Assembly: GCA_965248925.1 (NCBI GenBank)
Contig: CBDFLE010000006.1
Span: forward strand, 544,001 to 608,000
DNA: 64,000 nt
Reading direction: 5' to 3'
Source: Candidatus Multivoradales bacterium
GTDB lineage: Bacteria > Acidobacteriota > Thermoanaerobaculia > Multivoradales > J023
Below are positions 19,942-29,353 of this stretch, one piece after another (positions within the stretch are counted from its first letter, which is position 1; each line of letters starts with the position of its first letter). Position numbers and translations under genes: made by a program. Below the pieces are notes generated by a model. It was not told the DNA's origin, did no database searches, and was given only the letters and a program-made list of their open reading frames with translations.

Positions 19942-20367
19942 CTAGCGGCTGTTCTCATCAATCACCCGATCAAGCTCGTCGAGAGCCTCCTGAGTGCGTC
20001 CTGTCTCCTTGTAAAGATCGCGCAGCTTGAAGCGCACCGCGTTGCGCACCGTCTGGTTGTCGCGGTTCTTGTCCAAGATCTTCTGCAGATGCGGAATAGC
20101 TTTGGCTTTCTCGCCGCGCTGCTCGTAGATCTCGACGATGCCCTCGATGGCCAGAAAAATGACCGTCTCTCGTTGTGAGGTCATTTCGACCCATTGATCG
20201 GAGACTCCGAGGTAGCTCTGCATCAGTGCCAGGAACTGGTCCATCTGCTGCATATCCTCATCGGCCCAGGCCACCGCTGGCACCATCAGAGCCAGGCTGA
20301 GCAGCAACATCAGCAGTACAGTGGCGGCAGCCAGGGACTTCGGGCAATGCTCTTGCTTGCGAATCAC
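19942..20367 (-). CDS. Secreted helical/TPR-like protein
   Basis: Signal peptide ending AWA-D; KLRDLYKETGRTQEAL; GTGA overlap with the upstream gene. Confidence 0.75.
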   Translation of the reverse strand: MIRKQEHCPKSLAAATVLLMLLLSLALMVPAVAWADEDMQQMDQFLALMQSYLGVSDQWVEMTSQRETVIFLAIEGIVEIYEQRGEKAKAIPHLQKILDKNRDNQTVRNAVRFKLRDLYKETGRTQEALDELDRVIDENSR

Positions 20368-21008
20368 GATCGTTCTCCTTGTCGGTAATCGGTGGTGGCC
20401 GGCCCAGCATCACTCGCGGCAGGGGCGGACGGGCGAGGCAGCGAAGGGAAGGTCAGAGGCCTGCCGCCACTGGGCGGCGTCGGACGGCGCAGGCGGCCGG
20501 GTGACAAGCTACCCAGGGACGACATCGACGGCCGCTGAGGTGCCCGCGGCACCTCCCATGTGACCCGCGGCCCGTAAGAGTCCCGGACGAGAACCTCGCC
20601 GATCGCCTGCCGTGGATCCACGGAAGGTACTCTCAGTAGCCAAACCAAGCTCAAACCAAGGACGGTGAGCAGCAGCGCCGCCAGCGATAGCAAGCGCTTG
20701 ATGGCGCCTGGTCGCCAGCGCGGCATTGAACTCCTCGCCGTCGCCATGGTCCATTGGGGCCTCTCCAAACTGGCGCCTGAAGCTTGACCCAGAACGGTCG
20801 AGAAGTCCGGCATTGGGCCACCGTAGCGCAGCTCATCATAGCGCTGGTGCTCTTCCTCCAGCAGCTCCGCGAGGCGTTGAGCAGCAGCCAATTCGGTGCT
20901 GCAAGCAGCGCAGCCCACGGCCAGACGGCTGACTTCGAGCCGAGCCATGGCATCGAGCAGCGGCCAATCGTCGAGCCGGCGGTGCAGCCGCTGACAATCG
21001 TGGCTCAT
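20364..21008 (-). CDS. Putative membrane anti-sigma factor
   Basis: N-terminal C...CAAC zinc-finger-like region, one TM helix, ATGA overlap with the ECF sigma gene. Confidence 0.65.
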   Translation of the reverse strand: MSHDCQRLHRRLDDWPLLDAMARLEVSRLAVGCAACSTELAAAQRLAELLEEEHQRYDELRYGGPMPDFSTVLGQASGASLERPQWTMATARSSMPRWRPGAIKRLLSLAALLLTVLGLSLVWLLRVPSVDPRQAIGEVLVRDSYGPRVTWEVPRAPQRPSMSSLGSLSPGRLRRPTPPSGGRPLTFPSLPRPSAPAASDAGPATTDYRQGERS

Positions 21009-21553
21009 CGCCCGTCCCTCACCAGCAGACGGCGCATCTGTCCGAGGGCTCGGTGCAGATGCACCTTCACCGTACCTTGGCTACAACCGGCGGCGACCGC
21101 GGCTTCGCGGGTGGTCATGCCTTCGAGATAGCGCAACATGACGATTTCGCGCTGCCGCGGTGGCAGCCTATCGAGCAATCGATAAAGCTCGACCGGCGCC
21201 GATGGATCTACCGCCGGCAGTACCCGCGGCAGCGCTTCGGCCTGGTCCAACAAACGCGCCTGACGTTGCCGACCGCGGCGCAGCTCATGCGATGTGTTTC
21301 GGGTCATTGTGTACAACCAGGTGGTGAATTTCGCCCGCCGACTCCAGCGTCGGCGGCCTCTCGTCAGCCGCAGGAAGACCTCCTGGGTTACATCTTCGGC
21401 CAGCTCGCGCTCACCCAGAAAACCGCAGGCGAGGCGAAAGACAAAGTCCTTGTGACGTTCGAAGAGGATGCCCATCGCACCCTCGTCGGCGACCTCCAAC
21501 AAGAGGTGCCAATCGTCGGCGTCACGGTCGTTAGCTTCTGTGGCGTCCACCAT
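21005..21553 (-). CDS. ECF RNA polymerase sigma factor
   Basis: AEDVTQEVFLRL, FTTWLY, LPPRQREIVMLRY, GTVKVHLHRA. Confidence 0.93.
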   Translation of the reverse strand: MVDATEANDRDADDWHLLLEVADEGAMGILFERHKDFVFRLACGFLGERELAEDVTQEVFLRLTRGRRRWSRRAKFTTWLYTMTRNTSHELRRGRQRQARLLDQAEALPRVLPAVDPSAPVELYRLLDRLPPRQREIVMLRYLEGMTTREAAVAAGCSQGTVKVHLHRALGQMRRLLVRDGR

Positions 21554-21740
21554 CAATGAATGTCCGCGGAGAGTAGAACGGTTGACACGAACATAGCGCG
21601 CTAGCGCCGCGCACTGACAAGTTCAGCGTCTCATCGCTCCAACTTTTTTCCTCCCCAAAGCAAGAAGGCCGACTAGAAGCGCGTCCCTGTAGCCGGAATC
21701 TAGATCGCAAAGACGGCAAACCATCTGTGGAGGAAAGAAC

Positions 21741-22166
21741 ATGATGAAGACTCTGACCACCCTACTCACCACCCTGCCGGCAACTGCCGGCTACGGCTCG
21801 ACACCACCCGCCAACGAGCACCCAGGAGCACGCCGACAGCGCTTGGAGCGCTTGCGACGAACCGCCGACGGCAGTCTCGCTCGAGGCTACTCCCGCGGCG
21901 CCTTGAGACTCTACCGTCGCCTCTTGGCCGAGTGCCCCGAGGACTTGCAGATTCTCAACCGCACCGGCGAGCTGCTGGCGCGAGTGCGCCAGACAGATCA
22001 AGCGGTGGCTCTCTTCGTGCGCGTTGCCCGGGCTTATGCCGCCACCGGTTTCGAAGCCAAAGCGGCGGCGATGTATCGCAAGGTGCTGCGCTTGGAGCCC
22101 AATCATCCAGACGGACTCGGCTACCTCTATGGCTCGCTCGAACCTGGGCCAGACGAGCCGCGGTGA
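21741..22166 (+). CDS. Small TPR protein
   Basis: ALRLYRRLL..P, AAAMYRKVLRLEPNH; GGAGG RBS. Confidence 0.75.
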   Translation: MMKTLTTLLTTLPATAGYGSTPPANEHPGARRQRLERLRRTADGSLARGYSRGALRLYRRLLAECPEDLQILNRTGELLARVRQTDQAVALFVRVARAYAATGFEAKAAAMYRKVLRLEPNHPDGLGYLYGSLEPGPDEPR

Positions 22167-22197
22167 GAACCGACGGCCAAGATGCGGCGGACAACCC

Positions 22198-25100
22198 TCA
22201 GCCCTGGTCCCTGGCGGCGGGCGGCGGCCAAAGTCCCGGTGTGCCGGTGACCTGGCGCAGCAAGATCCACGAGCCCAGCACCTCGAGCCGGGCCAGCGCC
22301 TGAGCGGTAACCTGGGCGCGCAGCTCGGCTTCGGCGTCGAGCAAATCGTTGGTGGTCGCTCGCCCCGCCTGGTAGCGCGCTCGCTCGACTCGCAGGGTCT
22401 CCTGGGCCAATTCGACGCCGCGGTGGCGCACTCGCACCGCCGCTCGCGCCACCGCCAGCCGCGCCAGCCCGTCGTCGATTTCGAGGCCGATGCTGCGGCG
22501 CAGCTCTTCGAGATCCGCGGCCAACGCCCGCCGTTCAGCGGCAAGGCCCGCGCGGCGCGGCGCGCGAGTGCCAGCGGCAAAGGGGTTCCAAGCCAGACCG
22601 ACGGTCAGTTGGCCAATTTCATCAGCCTGGAAAGGATCACCATCGCTGCTCGACCAGGTAGCCACGGCTTGCAACCTGGGCAGGCGCTCGGCAGCGATCG
22701 ACTTGTCCAGCAGCTCCACAGCCCGCAACTGAGCCTCGGCGGCGAGGATGTCCGGACGCGAACTCGCCGCCGCGTCGATCAGCACCTGGCGCTCGAGTTC
22801 CAACCGCTGATCGACGACCTGATCGAACAGCGGCTCTACCGGCTGCGTGCTGCCTACCGCGAGTCCTAACTCGCGGGCGGCTACCCGGCGTTGCTCGCCC
22901 AGACGTAGCAGATCGAACTCGGCGGCCTCCAGATCGAGTCGCAGCTTCAGCGCATCGGCCTCCAGCGAGCGACCGGCTGCGACCCGCTGCTCGGTCTCCT
23001 CCAGTCGCGCCTTCAGGCTCGCGATAAAGGTCGCGGTGGCCTCGCCGCGAGCATCGATCGCCAGCACCGCGATGAAGCTCTGGGCTGCCTGCGCCGCCAA
23101 CCGCTGCTTGAGCCGCGCCGACCGGCTGGCCGCCGCCAGCGCCTGGGAACGGGCCGCGGGCGCGGCGTAGAGCCAGCGCGAAACATCGAGTAGGGGCTGC
23201 GTGAGCCGTACTTCTAGCGCCTCGCTATGCCGCTGGCCCAAGCTCAGCTCACCGAGCGGCGTGGCGAAAGAGAAATCGCGATCCCGCCAGCTGGTGCCGA
23301 GAGTCACCCCGAGAGTTGGCCACAACGAGCCGCGGCGGCGCATCACCGCGCTCTGCTCGGCGGCTTGGGCGCGTTCCTCTGCCGCCAGCGCCTGCGGTCG
23401 TGCCGCCGCCCGCTCCATCGCCTGGTGCAGATCCAGAGATTCACCGCGAGCCGGCGGGATCGTCAAGCCGGCCAGCAGCACCAGCAGGCCAGCGGTCACT
23501 TTGGCGGGCCGCAGGCGCACCCGCCGACGAGGTGAGAACAAAAGGCGGTAGAGCGCTGGAATCACCAACAGGGTCAGCAAGGTCGAAGCGGCCAGACCGG
23601 AGATCATCGCCCAAGCCAACGGCGGCCACAACGCCGCCGGCGAGAAAGCCAGCGGCAGTAGGCCGGCAACAGTGGTGGACATGGTCAGCAGAATCGGCCG
23701 GGTGCGGCGGATCACCGCCTGCCGTAGGGCCTCCTCGACACTGGCCCCAACCGCGCGGTTACGCTCCACCAGATCGAGCAGCACGATGGCATTGTTGACC
23801 ACGATCCCGACCAAAGACACCATTCCCAACAAAGAAGTAAAGCCGAACGGATTGCCGGTGAGCAGCAGGCCGGGGACCACCCCCACCGCCGCCAGCGGCA
23901 CCGTCATCAGGACAATCCCCACCCGGCGAAAGGAATTGAATTCGGCGAGCAAAAAGAACAACAGCAGCAAGACGCCGATCGGCGCGCTGCGCAGAATGGC
24001 GGAGTTCGCCGCTCCGGACTCGGCCACCTCGCCGCCAATCTCCCAGTGCATTCCAGGCGCCAAATCAAGCTCCGCCAACAAGGGCTCGAGTTCCGCAACC
24101 ACCGCTACCGAAGTGCCCTCGGCGGTGAGTTCGGAACGTACCCGCACCAGACGTTGCCGATTGCGATGGTAGATCGCCGCCGGTCGCCACTCGACCCCCA
24201 AGCGGGCAACCTGCTCCAGCGGCACAGGCACTCTTCCTGGTGACCCCACATCGATGCTCGCCAACTCAGCAACCGGCAGATCCTCGCCAGCGGCAGAGCG
24301 CAGCAAGATCGGCACCGGGTCGTCGCCCATTCGGTATTGACCGATCTCGGTACCCAGGGTGCGGCCGTAGAGCGCCCGCGCCACGCTGGCGCGATTCAAA
24401 CCGTGGCGGGCGGCGGCGGCATCGTCGATATCGACAGTCACCGACGGGCTGCCCAAGCCGAGATCGTGGCGGGCGTCGCGAGTGCCGTCGATGCCGCGAA
24501 TCAGACTGAGAACCTGATCCGACACCAGCTGCAGTTCTTCGAGATCCTCACCATATACCCGTACTTCGATCGGCGCCGGGATCGACGGTCCCTGAACCAG
24601 CCGCCGAGCCACCACCTCGGCCTGCGGCACCCGCCGAGCGGCGAACTCCCGCACCGCCGCGATCACCGCCGGCAGCTCCCTCTTATGCTGCGTCTGCACG
24701 ATCACCGAGGCCAGGTAAGGACTGCGCGGGCGGGAGGTCAGGTTGTAGTAGATGTGCGGCGTACCGCGACCGATGAAAGATGCCACCGAAGTCACTTCGG
24801 GCAGCTCCGCCATCGCCTCCTCAAGCAGCCGAGTCGCCGCGTCGGTGCCATCGAGGTGGGTACCCTCTGGCAGTTCCAAGTCGACCAGCACCAAGGTCCG
24901 ATCGGCGCCGGGAAAGAACTGCTGCTTGACAAAGCCAGCGGCGAAGACCGTCGCCAGCAGCAACAGCAGCGTCGCCGGCAACACCCAACGCCACCCATCC
25001 ACCGCCCAATCGGCCAGCCGCCCGGCCCAGCGGCTCTCCAGTGCCGAATCGGCCTTCGGCCGACGGCGCAAAGTCAGCTCCGCCAGCACCGGTGTTACCA

Positions 25101-26526
25101 TCACCGCGAAGAGATAGCTCACCGCCAAGGCCAGCATCACCAAGGTGGGAATGGCACGAGTGAAATCCGCGGTACCGCCACTGGACAGCAGCATGGGCAC
25201 AAAAGCAGCCAGCGTGGTGCCGGTGGCGGTGCCGAGGGGCAGCGCCAGCTCGCGCACCGATGCCGCCGCCGCCTGATGCACTGTCTCACCAGAATCGAGA
25301 CGAAACTGGATGTTCTCGACCATGACGATGGCGTTGTCCACCAACATGCCGAGAGCGATCACCAAAGCGGCGATCGAGATCTGGTGCAAAATACCGCCGG
25401 CCATGGCGTAGAGCGCCAGCGAACTGAAGGTGACCAACGGTACGACCATGGCCACCAGAAAGCCGAGGCGCAGCCCCATCACCAAGAAAAGCACTCCGGC
25501 GACGATCAAAATACCAAGCTTGAGGGAACGGCTGAGCTCATCCAGTCGGTGCTCCACCGAATCGGGTTGAAAGAGCACTTCTTCGATCCGTAGCGGCGCC
25601 AATTCCGGCCCCAGTTCGGCCAGCGCGGCTCGCACCCGCTGTCCCCATCGGATCCGATCGATTTCGAAACGAGGTACCACCCCGAGACCTACCGCCGGTT
25701 CACCTTCGAAGCGCATCCGCGCCAGGTCGGGCTCGCGCGGACCGTGGCGGACTCGGGCCAGTTCGCCGAGCGGCAGCGAGGCACCTGAAGGCAAGACGAT
25801 CTGGGTCGCGGCGATCTCCCGCAGCGAGCCGAAGTCAGTGCGCGGGCGCAGGGTGACGGTCTTCTCGCCCAGGTGCACCACACCGCCGGGCTCGATGGCG
25901 CTGCGCGCCGCCAACTGCTGGCCCAGCTGCCCCGGATCCAACCCCAGCCGCCGCGCGACGGCGTCCTCGTATTCGATGGTGATCTGCTCGCCTGGATCGG
26001 CGATCAGCTCGACCACCTTGACCCCCTCGACCCCCAGCAAGCGACGTTTGACTCGCTCGGCAGCGGCACCGAGCACCAGCGGATCGACGGAACCGACCAC
26101 CGCCAACAGCACCGCGTCCTGTTGCGTCAGGTCATGATCGAGTTCCGGCTTACCCACTCCACGGGGGAAGTCAGGCCGCGCCCGATCGAGGGCGTCCTCG
26201 ACGTCGTCCCACACCGGTCCGGTGTCGTAGAGCCGGTCTTCGAGTTCCAGGAACAACACCGCGATACCGGCGCGGACGCTCGATTCGACCAACTCCAATC
26301 CTTCGACCTCGGCCAGCTGCTCTTCGATCGGCTCCACCACCAGCCGCTCGACGGTCTCAGCATCGGTACCGGGGAAGGACACCACCACCAGCCCGTTGCG
26401 CTCCGGAAAGCGCGGGTCCTCCTCCCTCGGCATGGTATTCCAGCTGAACAAACCAGCCAACGACAGGAGGATGACGGTAGCGATGATCAGCCGGCGACGG
26501 GCGAGAAGCAGAGGTAGGATCTTCAA
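22198..26526 (-). CDS. RND efflux permease (AcrB/D/F type) fused to a TolC-family outer-membrane protein
   Basis: 1442 aa. About 1000 aa RND portion (GMLVDNAIVMVENI, VVNNAIVLLD, RTRPILLT), then a TolC/OEP-type region (RLTQPLLD, RYQAGRATTNDLLDAE). Confidence 0.92.
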   Translation of the reverse strand: MKILPLLLARRRLIIATVILLSLAGLFSWNTMPREEDPRFPERNGLVVVSFPGTDAETVERLVVEPIEEQLAEVEGLELVESSVRAGIAVLFLELEDRLYDTGPVWDDVEDALDRARPDFPRGVGKPELDHDLTQQDAVLLAVVGSVDPLVLGAAAERVKRRLLGVEGVKVVELIADPGEQITIEYEDAVARRLGLDPGQLGQQLAARSAIEPGGVVHLGEKTVTLRPRTDFGSLREIAATQIVLPSGASLPLGELARVRHGPREPDLARMRFEGEPAVGLGVVPRFEIDRIRWGQRVRAALAELGPELAPLRIEEVLFQPDSVEHRLDELSRSLKLGILIVAGVLFLVMGLRLGFLVAMVVPLVTFSSLALYAMAGGILHQISIAALVIALGMLVDNAIVMVENIQFRLDSGETVHQAAAASVRELALPLGTATGTTLAAFVPMLLSSGGTADFTRAIPTLVMLALAVSYLFAVMVTPVLAELTLRRRPKADSALESRWAGRLADWAVDGWRWVLPATLLLLLATVFAAGFVKQQFFPGADRTLVLVDLELPEGTHLDGTDAATRLLEEAMAELPEVTSVASFIGRGTPHIYYNLTSRPRSPYLASVIVQTQHKRELPAVIAAVREFAARRVPQAEVVARRLVQGPSIPAPIEVRVYGEDLEELQLVSDQVLSLIRGIDGTRDARHDLGLGSPSVTVDIDDAAAARHGLNRASVARALYGRTLGTEIGQYRMGDDPVPILLRSAAGEDLPVAELASIDVGSPGRVPVPLEQVARLGVEWRPAAIYHRNRQRLVRVRSELTAEGTSVAVVAELEPLLAELDLAPGMHWEIGGEVAESGAANSAILRSAPIGVLLLLFFLLAEFNSFRRVGIVLMTVPLAAVGVVPGLLLTGNPFGFTSLLGMVSLVGIVVNNAIVLLDLVERNRAVGASVEEALRQAVIRRTRPILLTMSTTVAGLLPLAFSPAALWPPLAWAMISGLAASTLLTLLVIPALYRLLFSPRRRVRLRPAKVTAGLLVLLAGLTIPPARGESLDLHQAMERAAARPQALAAEERAQAAEQSAVMRRRGSLWPTLGVTLGTSWRDRDFSFATPLGELSLGQRHSEALEVRLTQPLLDVSRWLYAAPAARSQALAAASRSARLKQRLAAQAAQSFIAVLAIDARGEATATFIASLKARLEETEQRVAAGRSLEADALKLRLDLEAAEFDLLRLGEQRRVAARELGLAVGSTQPVEPLFDQVVDQRLELERQVLIDAAASSRPDILAAEAQLRAVELLDKSIAAERLPRLQAVATWSSSDGDPFQADEIGQLTVGLAWNPFAAGTRAPRRAGLAAERRALAADLEELRRSIGLEIDDGLARLAVARAAVRVRHRGVELAQETLRVERARYQAGRATTNDLLDAEAELRAQVTAQALARLEVLGSWILLRQVTGTPGLWPPPAARDQG

Positions 26527-27623
26527 GGCGCCACCTCTACCCGCTCGCCATCCAGCAGGCCACGCTGCCCCCCAACCACCACCCGATCGCCAGCCCGCAG
26601 CGCGCCGCGCACGATCACCAGCTCGCCGACCAGGCCATCGACCTCGATCACCACCTTCTCGACGGTCTCACCACGCAGCCTGAAAACCGCTGGCTGACGG
26701 CCGCCGGGGTTGACCACGGCTTCGACCGGTACCGCCAATGTATCGTTGCTGGAAACCTCGATTAGAACTTCCGCGGTCATCCCAGAAACCACTTGCGGCG
26801 GCACCTCGATCGCCGCCACCACCGGAAAAAGGCGCCCCTGGCCGATCGCCATATGTGCCACCGAAGTCACCTGGCCGGGGACGCCAGTGATGCCTAGTGC
26901 TGGCAAATCGACCTGCACCGCGTCGCCGCGAGCGACCTTGATGATCAGCGACTCCGGCAACTCGACCTCGACCTCGATCGGCCCGTCGCCGGAGAGCACC
27001 ACCACCGGCCGACCGGCGGCGGCAAATTCGTCAGCCTCGAAGAACACCTCGGTGATGGTGCCGTCGAAGGGCGCTCGTAAGACCACTTCGTCGCGCCGAC
27101 GCTGCGCCTCGCGCAGCCGCGCAGTCGCCGCCTGCTCGGCGGCGCGCAGAGCGTCGAGAGCCGCGGTGCTGCGTTCCAGCTCTTCGCCGGTGGCCGCCTT
27201 GGCGGCGACCAGGCGCCGCGCGCGCTCGGCTTCGCGCTCGCCCTGAGCCCGACGGGCGGCAAACTCGGCCAGCTGCGCGCGGGCAGCGGCAACCGCATTG
27301 TCGAATTCCACGGCGTCACGGCGCGCCAATACTTGTCCCCGACGAACCCGGTCGCCGACCTGCACCGGTCGGCTGACCACCCGTCCACCGCGGGTGAATC
27401 CAAGCCGGGCGCGCCGCACCGAGCGCAGCACGCCGGAGAACCGCACCTGGCGAGCAGCCTGCGCAGTGGCGACTGTCGCCACTTCGACCCGCTTGCTCGG
27501 CCGCCGGCGAGAGAGATCAGCAGCCGTTTCAGAATCGGCCGACAAGTAGACCGCACTGAGCAGCACTCCGGCTGCCACCAGCACCCTGGCGGTCCAAGAC
27601 ATCAGCTTTCTTTCGCTGCTCAT
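26523..27623 (-). CDS. RND periplasmic adaptor (MFP) subunit
   Basis: GGRVVSRPVQVGDRVRRGQVLAR, LRAPFDGTI, GALRAGDRVVVGG; 4-bp overlap with the RND gene. Confidence 0.93.
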   Translation of the reverse strand: MSSERKLMSWTARVLVAAGVLLSAVYLSADSETAADLSRRRPSKRVEVATVATAQAARQVRFSGVLRSVRRARLGFTRGGRVVSRPVQVGDRVRRGQVLARRDAVEFDNAVAAARAQLAEFAARRAQGEREAERARRLVAAKAATGEELERSTAALDALRAAEQAATARLREAQRRRDEVVLRAPFDGTITEVFFEADEFAAAGRPVVVLSGDGPIEVEVELPESLIIKVARGDAVQVDLPALGITGVPGQVTSVAHMAIGQGRLFPVVAAIEVPPQVVSGMTAEVLIEVSSNDTLAVPVEAVVNPGGRQPAVFRLRGETVEKVVIEVDGLVGELVIVRGALRAGDRVVVGGQRGLLDGERVEVAP

Positions 27624-27724
27624 GGTTGGGCTCCGTAGATCGATAATCGGACCGCGGCAGCAGCTTTGCCCGCCGCTCTAAAAGGCCGTAAGATTTGCCA
27701 GGATTTTTGCGAGGGGAATTGCAA

Positions 27725-27742
27725 ACTGGCCGGCCGGTCAAT
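27725..27742. promoter_or_regulatory. Putative TetR operator upstream of the MFP gene
   Basis: ACTGGCCGGCCGGTCAAT, an imperfect palindrome that matches 28534-28551 at 16 of 18 positions. Confidence 0.75.
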
Positions 27743-27791
27743 TACAGAAAGAAGGTAGCTAGCGGTCAACATCAGCGGTCCTCAACTTGTT

Positions 27792-28430
27792 TTAGGGGCG
27801 CGCGCCGTCGAAGAACAGGCGCTGAATATTCGCCAGATAGCGTTCGTCCTCGACCGTCATATCGGTGCCCGTCGGCACCAGCTGTGAGTAGAGGCGTTTG
27901 TGCTGAAACCAGTGCTCACACAGGGCCAGCATCTGCTTGATCAGGAAGAACGGGTCGAGATCGTCGCGTAGGCCGCCGTTCCGCTGCGCCGCGCGGATGC
28001 TCTCGGCGCCGAGTTCGAATAGCTCCTTCTCCATGTCGAGGCAGATGTCGTCCTCCTCGACACAGCGCCAACTCATGAACCGCACCGCGTCCGGGCGGTG
28101 TTGCAAGAAGCGGAAATAGGCCACCATCGACTCACGAAGCAACTCACCATCGGTGTTGTCAGAGGCCAGCAGCAGAGCCTTCTGGTGGTCGTAGTACTCA
28201 CTGAAGAAGTGCCTCTTGACCTCATTCCAAAGCTCTTCCTTGGAGCCGAAATGATGATGGATCAGACTTTTGGTGACCCCCGCCCGGCGGCCGATCTCAC
28301 GAGTCGAAGTAGCGGCGACGCCCCGCTCGATAAACAGCTTCGTCGCCGCCGCCAGAATGGCGGCGCGGGTAGCCTCCGGGTCGCGGCGACGGCGTGGTCT
28401 GGACGGATCGTGCGGGGTTGTCTTGGGCAT
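27792..28430 (-). CDS. TetR/AcrR-family regulator
   Basis: TRAAILAAATKLFIERG...IGRRAGVTKSLIHHHFGSKEEL; ATG at 28430. Confidence 0.93.
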   Translation of the reverse strand: MPKTTPHDPSRPRRRRDPEATRAAILAAATKLFIERGVAATSTREIGRRAGVTKSLIHHHFGSKEELWNEVKRHFFSEYYDHQKALLLASDNTDGELLRESMVAYFRFLQHRPDAVRFMSWRCVEEDDICLDMEKELFELGAESIRAAQRNGGLRDDLDPFFLIKQMLALCEHWFQHKRLYSQLVPTGTDMTVEDERYLANIQRLFFDGARP

Positions 28431-28431
28431 T

Positions 28432-28483
28432 GTCTTCCTGGCCGGTCTTCCTGGCCGGTCTTCCTGGCCGGTCCTCCTGGCCG
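28432..28483 (-). repeat. Four tandem 13-bp repeats in the tetR leader
   Basis: GTC(T/C)TCCTGGCCG x4, abutting the start codon. Confidence 0.92.
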
Positions 28484-28522
28484 CGGGTCGGCGAACCAGG
28501 GCGTGATCTCGTTGCAACCACA

Positions 28523-28551
28523 GGCTACTATTAATTGGCCGACCGGTCAAT
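28523..28551 (-). promoter_or_regulatory. tetR promoter overlapped by an operator
   Basis: Minus strand TTGACC-17 bp-TAGCCT; operator ATTGGCCGACCGGTCAAT at 28534-28551. Confidence 0.7.
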
Positions 28552-28741
28552 ACCTGCGAGAGCGAGCAAGTTTTCGTCAGATCAAGGCGCAAAACCGCAG
28601 GAATATTGGTAATCTTGCGAGGTTTTGTAACGCGGAGCTGGCGAAAAATGGCCGCTCGGAGCGTGGCGAGACTTTTGCCACAGGCTGCTAGACCCACGAA
28701 CACCAAAGGCGCAGACTGGCCCAATCATGGCGATAACCGAC

Positions 28742-28928
28742 AGGCTCGCCTGGCATTGTTCTAAGGAGGAGTCGGCACCTCGGTCTCTGGACAGCCAAGT
28801 TGCTCGTTCTAAGGCGCGATAAGGGTCTAGGAGTGAAGAACATCGAGGGCGTCATCCGCGAGTACCTAGACATTGTCGAAGAGCATTTGGCTGGCACCGA
28901 TATGGGTGAAATAGAAGTCGCTGCCTGA
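28742..28928 (+). pseudogene. Decayed HicB-like antitoxin gene
   Basis: Fragments RLAWHCSKEE / GTSVSGQPSCSF*GA / VKNIEGVIREYLDIVEEHLAGTDMGEIEVAA* in shifting frames resemble short HicB proteins. Confidence 0.6.
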
Positions 28929-28931
28929 AGG

Positions 28932-29059
28932 CCACGAATCCAAGAGGCGACCACCATCGAGCTGCAACCGCCCTGACGAAATCCGGCTTCGCGATTGCAA
29001 ACAAATCGTCAGGAACGCTTGCTCTGAGCGGGGCTAAACGAGACGGCACGAATCAATGA
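28932..29059 (+). pseudogene. Decayed HicA-like toxin gene
   Basis: PRIQ / GDHHRAATALTKSGFAIANK resembles the HicA N-terminus (PxIPGVNHxRAVRALEKAGF). Confidence 0.5.
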
Positions 29060-29088
29060 CCCATTGAAAGCCAGGAGATGAGAAGCCA

Positions 29089-29349
29089 GTGCCTGAAATC
29101 AGCCGCTTTCTTGGAATAGTGATTGCGATGTATTACAATGACCATGCACCGCCACATTTTCGCGGTCGCTACAGCGGCAAGGAAATCCGCGTGAATATCG
29201 AGAACGGCCGGATCATGTCCGGAGAGTTTCCGAAGCGAGCGCAGGGACTAGTCCTCGAGTGGCTTGGTTTATATCGTGATCAATTGATGACGGATTGGCG
29301 TCTGGCGAAAGAACGCAAACCGATGAACAAGATCGCCCCGTTGGAGTAA
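29089..29349 (+). CDS. DUF4160 family protein (putative TA component)
   Basis: MPEISRFLGIVIAMYYNDHAPPHF...KIAPLE. Confidence 0.9.
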   Translation: MPEISRFLGIVIAMYYNDHAPPHFRGRYSGKEIRVNIENGRIMSGEFPKRAQGLVLEWLGLYRDQLMTDWRLAKERKPMNKIAPLE

Positions 29350-29353
29350 TCAT

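Noticed and set aside
24337-25593. Long antisense ORFs (also 48839-50176, 58633-59955, 60155-61198, 34721-35677, 52560-53540)
   Set aside because: They lie opposite well-supported genes, show no recognisable motifs, and are expected shadows of high-GC codon bias.
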